DNA of 64,000 nt. Source: Polyangiales bacterium. GTDB taxonomy: Bacteria > Myxococcota_A > Polyangia > Polyangiales > Ga0077539. Below, one piece after another: positions 58,447 to 64,000 of the stretch (its first letter is position 1; each line of letters opens with the position of its first letter). Under the pieces are notes generated by a model. That model worked only from the letters and a program-made list of their open reading frames with translations. It had not been told where the DNA came from and ran no database searches. The translations under genes were made by a program, and so were the position numbers. The stretch lies in assembly GCA_046351555.1 (NCBI GenBank), contig JAXLYI010000006.1, forward strand, positions 378,284-442,283, given 5' to 3'.

Positions 58447-59250
58447 TCAGAAAACGTAGTGGAGGGCGGCCCCGCCGTAGAAGCCGATGAGGGCGAAGCC
58501 CCCGTCGAGGCGGACGTCGAAGTGGCGGTGGGGGCGGAAGTGCAGGGCGAGGTGCGGGAGGGAGATCCAGGGCACCACGGGGGGGATGCTGCCGTTGCTG
58601 GTGAGGTAGGGCTCGGTGTAGCCGCCGTAGTGCTGGTTGGCGCGGTCGCAGTACGACGGGTCGGGCGTGCCCTGGGCCTGGCAGTCCTGGTAGGGCCCGG
58701 CCGGCGGGGGGTTGCGGTACACCTGCGTGCGGTAGAGGTCGCCGCCCACGTACCCGAGGCCCACGCCCGCCCCGTACTGGAACTCGAACCAGTCGGTGGG
58801 CCGTACGCGCCAGAGGAAGAGCGCGTTGGCGTAGAGCGCCCAGAGCGAGCTCTTCACGCGCTCGGTGGCGATGTCGCCCTCGCTGCTGCCGTGGAAGTAC
58901 CCGTCGGCGGCCTGGAGGCCCGTGTACTGGAGCCCGATCACCACGTCGAGGTTGCCGCGGCGGTAGGTGTACTCGGGCCCGATCGCGAGGTTGGTCGCGC
59001 CGCCCCACTCGGGGTTGACGCTCGCGAAGAGCCCCACCATCCACGACGGGACGGCGAACATCCACACGCGCACGCCGGCGGAGTGCTCCATCGAGCGGCC
59101 GAAGCGCGGGGGCTCGGCCTCGGCGGGCGGCGCGTTGGGGAGGATGGCCGGGGCCGCCGACGAGGCGGGCTCCTGGCTCTGCGCCCACGCGGGCGCCGTC
59201 GTCGTCATCAGGAGCGCGGCCGACAGGGCCGCGAAGCGGGTGTGTCTCAT
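58447..59250 (-). CDS. outer-membrane beta-barrel protein (porin-like)
   Basis: Signal peptide LLMTTTAPAWAQ; alternating aromatic/Gly beta-strand pattern; C-terminal ...LHYVF with terminal Phe. Confidence 0.6.
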   Translation of the reverse strand: MRHTRFAALSAALLMTTTAPAWAQSQEPASSAAPAILPNAPPAEAEPPRFGRSMEHSAGVRVWMFAVPSWMVGLFASVNPEWGGATNLAIGPEYTYRRGNLDVVIGLQYTGLQAADGYFHGSSEGDIATERVKSSLWALYANALFLWRVRPTDWFEFQYGAGVGLGYVGGDLYRTQVYRNPPPAGPYQDCQAQGTPDPSYCDRANQHYGGYTEPYLTSNGSIPPVVPWISLPHLALHFRPHRHFDVRLDGGFALIGFYGGAALHYVF

Positions 59251-59309
59251 TGAAGCGATCGCCTCCTCGCGAAGTGGGGGGCGATGCTACGCGAGCGGTC
59301 GCCGCGGGA

Positions 59310-59948
59310 TCAACGCCTCCGCGCGGCGCGCACGACGGCGCGGCGGGCGGGCGCGGGCGCGGCCGCGTGTGCCACGGGCACCACGACGGAAACGGCGGGC
59401 GCGGTCACGGGCGCGGGCGGCGCGTCGGCCTGCGCGAGCGTGGCGCGGACGGTGGGGTCGGTCTCCACCGCGAGGCGCGCGCGGAGGGCGGCGCGGGCCT
59501 CAGGGCGGGCCGAGCGGGAGAGCGTCCACGCGGCGCCGTCGCGCACCTCGGGGAGGGGGTCGGCGAGGTGGCGGGCGACCTCGGCGACGTCGTCGAAGCC
59601 CTCGACCAGCGCGTCGAAGCAGGCGCGGCGCACGAAGAGGTCGGCGTTGGGCTGGGCCGCCGTTTCGCGCAGGAGGCGCAGCACGCCGGCGTCGGGCGCG
59701 TAGGCCCGGAGCGCGTGGAAGGCCCGTACCCGCACCACGCCGCCGAGCGTCGCGTCGCGCGCGATGGCGAGGAGCGCGCGCTCGCCGTCGGCGCCCCACG
59801 CGCGGACGGCGGCGACGTCGGGCTCGCTCTCGTAGCCCGAGAGGGAGGCCTCGACGGAGGCGCGGGTCACCGGGTCGGCGGCGGCGGCGGGCGCGAGGGA
59901 GAGCGCGGCGCACGCGAGGGCGAGGCGAAGGATGCGCGTTCGGGTCAC
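59310..59948 (-). CDS. secreted HEAT/armadillo-like repeat protein
   Basis: Signal peptide LALACAALSLAPAAAAD; helical repeats with conserved Asp/Arg spacing; high GC3. Confidence 0.45.
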   Translation of the reverse strand: MTRTRILRLALACAALSLAPAAAADPVTRASVEASLSGYESEPDVAAVRAWGADGERALLAIARDATLGGVVRVRAFHALRAYAPDAGVLRLLRETAAQPNADLFVRRACFDALVEGFDDVAEVARHLADPLPEVRDGAAWTLSRSARPEARAALRARLAVETDPTVRATLAQADAPPAPVTAPAVSVVVPVAHAAAPAPARRAVVRAARRR

Positions 59949-59972
59949 GGCGCGGGTACACTATCACCGCCG

Positions 59973-61037
59973 ATGGCGCACCGACAGGCCCCGCGCGTCT
60001 CCGTCGCCGACCGCCACACCGTCCGCCAGCCCGTCGACGGGCACGGGGGTGAGCCCGTCACGCTGGTGAAGGAGGTGGTCCACGTCGAGGCCGACGCGCA
60101 GCTCGCGATGGTTCGAAAGCACCTCCCGGAAGGCGCCCCCCGCCTCGGCGCGCTCGTCCTCACGCACGGCTTCGGGCAGAACCGCTACGCCTGGCACCTC
60201 CCCGGCCGCAGCTTCGTCAACCACCTCGCGGCCGCGGGGTGGGACGTGTTCAACCTCGACCTGCGGGGCCACGGGCGCTCGGGGGCGCTCGGCTCGCGGC
60301 CCTGCGCGGCGATCGACGAGTACATCCGCCACGACCTCCCCGCCGCCCTCGACGGGGCACTCACCGTGAGCGGCGAGCGCCGCGCTTTTCTGCTCGGGCA
60401 CTCGCTCGGCGGCCTCGTGGGCTACGCCGCCGCGCCCTCGCTGGGCGAGCGCGTCGCGGGGCTCGTGACGATCGGCTCGCCCTACGCCTTCGGCCGCGGC
60501 AACCGGCTGCTGCTCGCGCTCACACGCGCGCTGGTGGGCGCGACGTCGGCGCTCGACGCGCAGTCCCGCGTGCCGATGCGGCTGGTGCAGGGGTGGTTCC
60601 GCCGGCAGCGCGCGCTGTGGGATCACCCGTCGATCCCGCTGCCGGTGCGCGCGTGGCACCCGGAGAGCATCGAGCCGGCGCTGCTGGAGGAGTACCTGCG
60701 CCTCGCGTTCGACCGGGCGACCTTCGGCGAGCTGGCGACGGTGACGGCGAGTGGAACCGCGGGGCGCTTCGCGAGCACGGACGGGAGCATCGACTACGCC
60801 GCGCGCTGGGAGGCCGCCGACCTGCCGACGCTCGTCGTCGCCGGCACGCGCGACCTGCTCGCGCCGGAGGACTCCGTGCGCCCGGCGTTCGAACGGTCGC
60901 GGGCGCGGGACAAGACGTTCCATGCGGTTCCGCTCGGGCACGCCGACCTGCTGCTCGGGCGCGAGGCGCCGCGGCTCGTCTGGCCCGTCGTCACCGCCTG
61001 GCTCGACCGCCGCGCTGCACGGAACTCGCCCCCCTGA
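59973..61037 (+). CDS. alpha/beta hydrolase
   Basis: LVLTHGFGQN...GHSLGG nucleophile elbow...HADLL catalytic His region. Confidence 0.7.
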   Translation: MAHRQAPRVSVADRHTVRQPVDGHGGEPVTLVKEVVHVEADAQLAMVRKHLPEGAPRLGALVLTHGFGQNRYAWHLPGRSFVNHLAAAGWDVFNLDLRGHGRSGALGSRPCAAIDEYIRHDLPAALDGALTVSGERRAFLLGHSLGGLVGYAAAPSLGERVAGLVTIGSPYAFGRGNRLLLALTRALVGATSALDAQSRVPMRLVQGWFRRQRALWDHPSIPLPVRAWHPESIEPALLEEYLRLAFDRATFGELATVTASGTAGRFASTDGSIDYAARWEAADLPTLVVAGTRDLLAPEDSVRPAFERSRARDKTFHAVPLGHADLLLGREAPRLVWPVVTAWLDRRAARNSPP

Positions 61038-61062
61038 GCCCGCCCGCGGTAGGGGTCGGCGC

Positions 61063-62094
61063 ATGGCCCGCGCCGCGTACCTCCTCCCGTCGCTGCTCCT
61101 CCTCGCGTCGCCCGCGGGCGCCACCGCGCTCGACGACGCGCTCGGCCCGCGCTGCACCGTCGACGCGCGCCTCGCGCCGGTGGCCGAGGCCGCCCGCGCC
61201 GACCCCGAGACCTTCGACCCGCTCGAGCTCCGCGAGCTCGCCCACGCGCAACACGTCGCCGCCCCCACCGTGCAGACGCTGGTACTGCGGGGCGACGCCG
61301 ACGCGCTCCCCGTCGTCGCCGGCCGCTGGCTCGCCGAGCGCAACGCGAGCCCCGCGCTCTCGCGCTGCGCGGTGGCCGTCGGCGAGGGAACGCTCGCGCT
61401 GGTGATGGTCCCGCGGCTGGTGGAGCCGCGCGCGCTGCCCGCGAACGGGAACGTTCATGCGTGGCAGGTGGCGCTCCCCGCAGGCGTCACGGAGGCCGCG
61501 CTGGTGGCCACCGCGCCCGACGGGGCCGTCACCCGCCACGCGTTGAGCGGCGACGGCACGGCCTCGCTCGCGCTCGATCACGATGGTGCGTGGACGCTCC
61601 AGGTGCTCGCGACCTTCCCCTCGGGCCCGATGCCCGTGGCGCTGTGGGAAGAGCGCATCGGCGAGGGCGCGAGCGAAGCGCCGGCGGTCGATGGTTCGAT
61701 CACGAACGACCGCCACCTGATGCGGGCGATCAACGGGCTGCGGCGCGAGCGCGGGCTCCCGGCGCTGCGGCGCGATCCCCTGCTCGACCTCGTGGCGCTC
61801 GCCCACGCGCGCCGGCTCGCTGCGTCGGGCACGGTGGCGCACACGCCCGCGCCCGGCGACACCCCCGTCGACCGCCTCCGCGCCGCCGGCGTGACGGCCG
61901 AACGCGTCGCCGAGAACCTCGCCCGCGCCCGCTCGCTCGCCGTCGCCCACGCGCGCATCGCCCGCTCGCCCGCGCACCGCGCCAACCTGCTCGACGCGGC
62001 GGTCGACGCGGTGGGCGTCGGCGTCGCGCACGCGGGGGGCATGGCCTACGTGGTCGAGCTCCTCGCCACGCGGCCCACGCTCGTCGGGCGGTAG
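61063..62094 (+). CDS. secreted CAP/SCP/PR-1 domain protein
   Basis: Signal peptide; C-terminal CAP domain motifs (NDRHLMRAINGLRRERGLPAL...LAHARRLAASGTVAHT...AENLA...HRANLL). Confidence 0.65.
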   Translation: MARAAYLLPSLLLLASPAGATALDDALGPRCTVDARLAPVAEAARADPETFDPLELRELAHAQHVAAPTVQTLVLRGDADALPVVAGRWLAERNASPALSRCAVAVGEGTLALVMVPRLVEPRALPANGNVHAWQVALPAGVTEAALVATAPDGAVTRHALSGDGTASLALDHDGAWTLQVLATFPSGPMPVALWEERIGEGASEAPAVDGSITNDRHLMRAINGLRRERGLPALRRDPLLDLVALAHARRLAASGTVAHTPAPGDTPVDRLRAAGVTAERVAENLARARSLAVAHARIARSPAHRANLLDAAVDAVGVGVAHAGGMAYVVELLATRPTLVGR

Positions 62095-62178
62095 CGCGGG
62101 GCGGGCAAATGGCGGACGTCCCCGGTCGCGCTTACCCGGTGGGGGTCGCGCGCGGGGACGTTGTGCCGTGGGGCGGGA

Positions 62179-62457
62179 TCAGCCCTTCTTCTCGGCCGCG
62201 GCCTTGTGGACGGCCGAGACGATGCGCGACACGCGGCGCGAGGCCGTCGCGCGGTGGAGCACGCCCTTGGCCGCGGCGGCGTCGAGCGCCGAGGTGGCGG
62301 GCTTGAGCGCGGCCTGGGCCGCCTCGAGGTTGCCGTTGGTGAGGGCCTCGCGCACGGCCTTCACGAGCGTGCGGAACTCCGACTTGACGGCGCGGTTGCG
62401 CGCGGTGCTCTTGATGCGCTGACGGTTGCGCTTCTCGGCCGATGCATGGTTCGCCAC
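62179..62457 (-). CDS. rpsT: 30S ribosomal protein S20
   Basis: MANHASAEKRNRQ...RNRAVKS is the S20 signature; 92 aa. Confidence 0.9.
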   Translation of the reverse strand: MANHASAEKRNRQRIKSTARNRAVKSEFRTLVKAVREALTNGNLEAAQAALKPATSALDAAAAKGVLHRATASRRVSRIVSAVHKAAAEKKG

Positions 62458-62666
62458 GTAACTTCTCCTGCGGGGTATCGGAAGGGCGCGGACCCTACGC
62501 CGGCCCGTCGGAATCTGTCAAGCGGCTGCACGACGCCCAGAGGCCCTGGCGCGGCGCCCCGCCGTCAAGCGCTCGGTGACATTCCCCGACCGCCCCGGGC
62601 ACCGCGGCTGGACAGGGCTTTCCGCGCGCTCCTATAGTTCGCCGCACCGCCCCGCAGGAGTCGCCC

Positions 62667-62852
62667 ATGAAGTACCAGTTCGTCGAGCCCGTCGTGCTCT
62701 CCCCCCGCGAGGTTCGTCTCGACGTGGCCCTCATGCGCCGCCTGCACGCGCGCTGGAGCCGCCAGGCCCACGCGGACGACGTCCCCCCGCCCGCCGCCGC
62801 CCCCGCCGCCCCCGCCGCCGACGCCCCGCGCGCCTCCCGCGTCCCCGGCTGA
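62667..62852 (+). CDS. small hypothetical protein (61 aa)
   Basis: AGGAG RBS 6 nt before the ATG; high GC3; Pro/Ala-rich tail. Confidence 0.35.
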   Translation: MKYQFVEPVVLSPREVRLDVALMRRLHARWSRQAHADDVPPPAAAPAAPAADAPRASRVPG

Positions 62853-62894
62853 CCGCCGCCCCCTCCCTCCTCCCGCGCGATTCCCCCGAAAGCC

Positions 62895-64000
62895 ATGCGC
62901 CTCCTCCACCTGTCCGACCTGCACGTCACGGGGCAGTTCGCCAGCTACGACGACGCCTGGAGCGCGCCCGCCGCCGCCCTCGGCGACCGCAGCTTCGACG
63001 CCGTCGTGCTCAGCGGCGACCTCACCCAGGACGCCTCCGCCGCCTCGTACACCCAGCTCCTCGACTTCCTCCGACGGCGCGTCTTCCCGCTGATCGACGG
63101 GGCCACCGACGCGGAGAAGCCCCGGCGCATCGTCGCCGTGCCCGGCAACCACGACGTCGACTGGCGCGCCGACGTCTGGGCGCAGCGCTCGGTGCGCGAG
63201 CTCCTCAAGGGCGACGGGAGCGCGCTGCGCGACCTCTTGCGTGCGGCCCGGCGCAACCCGCGGGAAGCGCGGTGCCGCGTGGTCGAGAGCCCCCTCGGGC
63301 ACGTCGAGATCTTCGAGAAGCGGGCCAACTACGCCGACCGCCTCGCCCACGTGCAGGGCTTCTTCGACGCGCTCTACGGGGCGGACGTCGGCGACGACTT
63401 CTCGCCCTTCGCCGTCACCGCCGACCCGCCGCGCCACTGGAGCGCCCACGTCTTCCGCGCGCACGGCGTCGCGCTCTACGGCTTCAACTCCTGCGTCCAC
63501 AACGACAACTTCTGGACGGGCGCCTCGCTCGACCCCGCCGCCGTCGACGCGGCCGCGGCCCACGCGCGCGCCCACGCCGCCGGGCTCGTCTGGGTGGCCG
63601 TGTGGCACCACGGGCTCTCCGACGGGCAGGGGCGCGCCGACGCGCTCGCGCCCGCCGACCTCGCGCGCCTCGTCAACGCGGGCTTCCGCCTCGGGCTCCA
63701 CGGGCACATCCACGAGCAGCAGGCGGAGGCGCTCGACACGCTCTACCGCGGGCGCTTCGTCCGCCTCGCCGTCGGCACGCTCAACGCCGACCACGAGGAG
63801 CGCCCGCCCATGAAGGGCCGCCAGTTCGCCGCGCTGCGGGTGTACCCGTCGCAGGTGCACGTCGAGCTCTTCGAAGAGCGCGACGCGCGGGTGGGCGAGT
63901 TCGCGCCGGCGCCGCGGCGCATCGAGTCGCTCGACGTCGGCGAGGTCGAGCGGCGCAGCCCCGACGCGCGCCTCCACCGACGCGCGTGGCGCCTCGACGC
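62895..64000 (+). CDS. metallophosphoesterase, 3'-truncated at the window end
   Basis: MRLLHLSDLH, SGDLTQD, PGNHD, HHG, GHIH calcineurin-like motifs; the frame is open to the end of the window. Confidence 0.7.
   Translation, partial: MRLLHLSDLHVTGQFASYDDAWSAPAAALGDRSFDAVVLSGDLTQDASAASYTQLLDFLRRRVFPLIDGATDAEKPRRIVAVPGNHDVDWRADVWAQRSVRELLKGDGSALRDLLRAARRNPREARCRVVESPLGHVEIFEKRANYADRLAHVQGFFDALYGADVGDDFSPFAVTADPPRHWSAHVFRAHGVALYGFNSCVHNDNFWTGASLDPAAVDAAAAHARAHAAGLVWVAVWHHGLSDGQGRADALAPADLARLVNAGFRLGLHGHIHEQQAEALDTLYRGRFVRLAVGTLNADHEERPPMKGRQFAALRVYPSQVHVELFEERDARVGEFAPAPRRIESLDVGEVERRSPDARLHRRAWRLD

Overview
High-GC (~70%+) window that looks like a myxobacterial (Myxococcota) chromosome: two MYXO-CTERM sorting-tag proteins, a CdnL/CarD regulator, a histone H1-like Lys/Ala-rich protein, many sigma54 activators and Ser/Thr kinase/phosphatase signalling genes. 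Housekeeping genes (rbgA, recA, rho, rnz, rng, cdnL, ppx, rpsT, tRNA-Arg) alternate with lipoproteins and regulators. The ORF track is full of long spurious antisense and off-frame ORFs (a high-GC artefact). Real genes were called from recognisable motifs, high third-position GC, signal peptides and GTGA/ATGA start-stop coupling. Features that stand out: (1) a ~650-bp palindromic element with ~124-bp near-perfect inverted-repeat arms and an octamer tandem-repeat core, inserted between a hypothetical gene and recA and bracketed by a perfect 27-bp direct repeat that duplicates the recA stop region; (2) a 500-bp divergent promoter region carrying four copies of an 11-mer as a 32-bp inverted repeat, upstream of two small ORFs and an S8 peptidase; (3) a T4-Pnk-like polynucleotide kinase-phosphatase next to a DUF4351 (Rpn-like) gene; (4) a six-gene translationally coupled operon (nucleotidyltransferase, MetE-like protein, Ugp-like ABC importer); (5) a beta-propeller lipoprotein / diheme cytochrome c / hydrolase cluster beside an FGE-family enzyme with a His/Arg/Asp-rich N-terminus; (6) several non-coding repeat tracts (G-rich GGGGTGGCG repeats upstream of recA, a 210-bp GAAGCGA purine tract).
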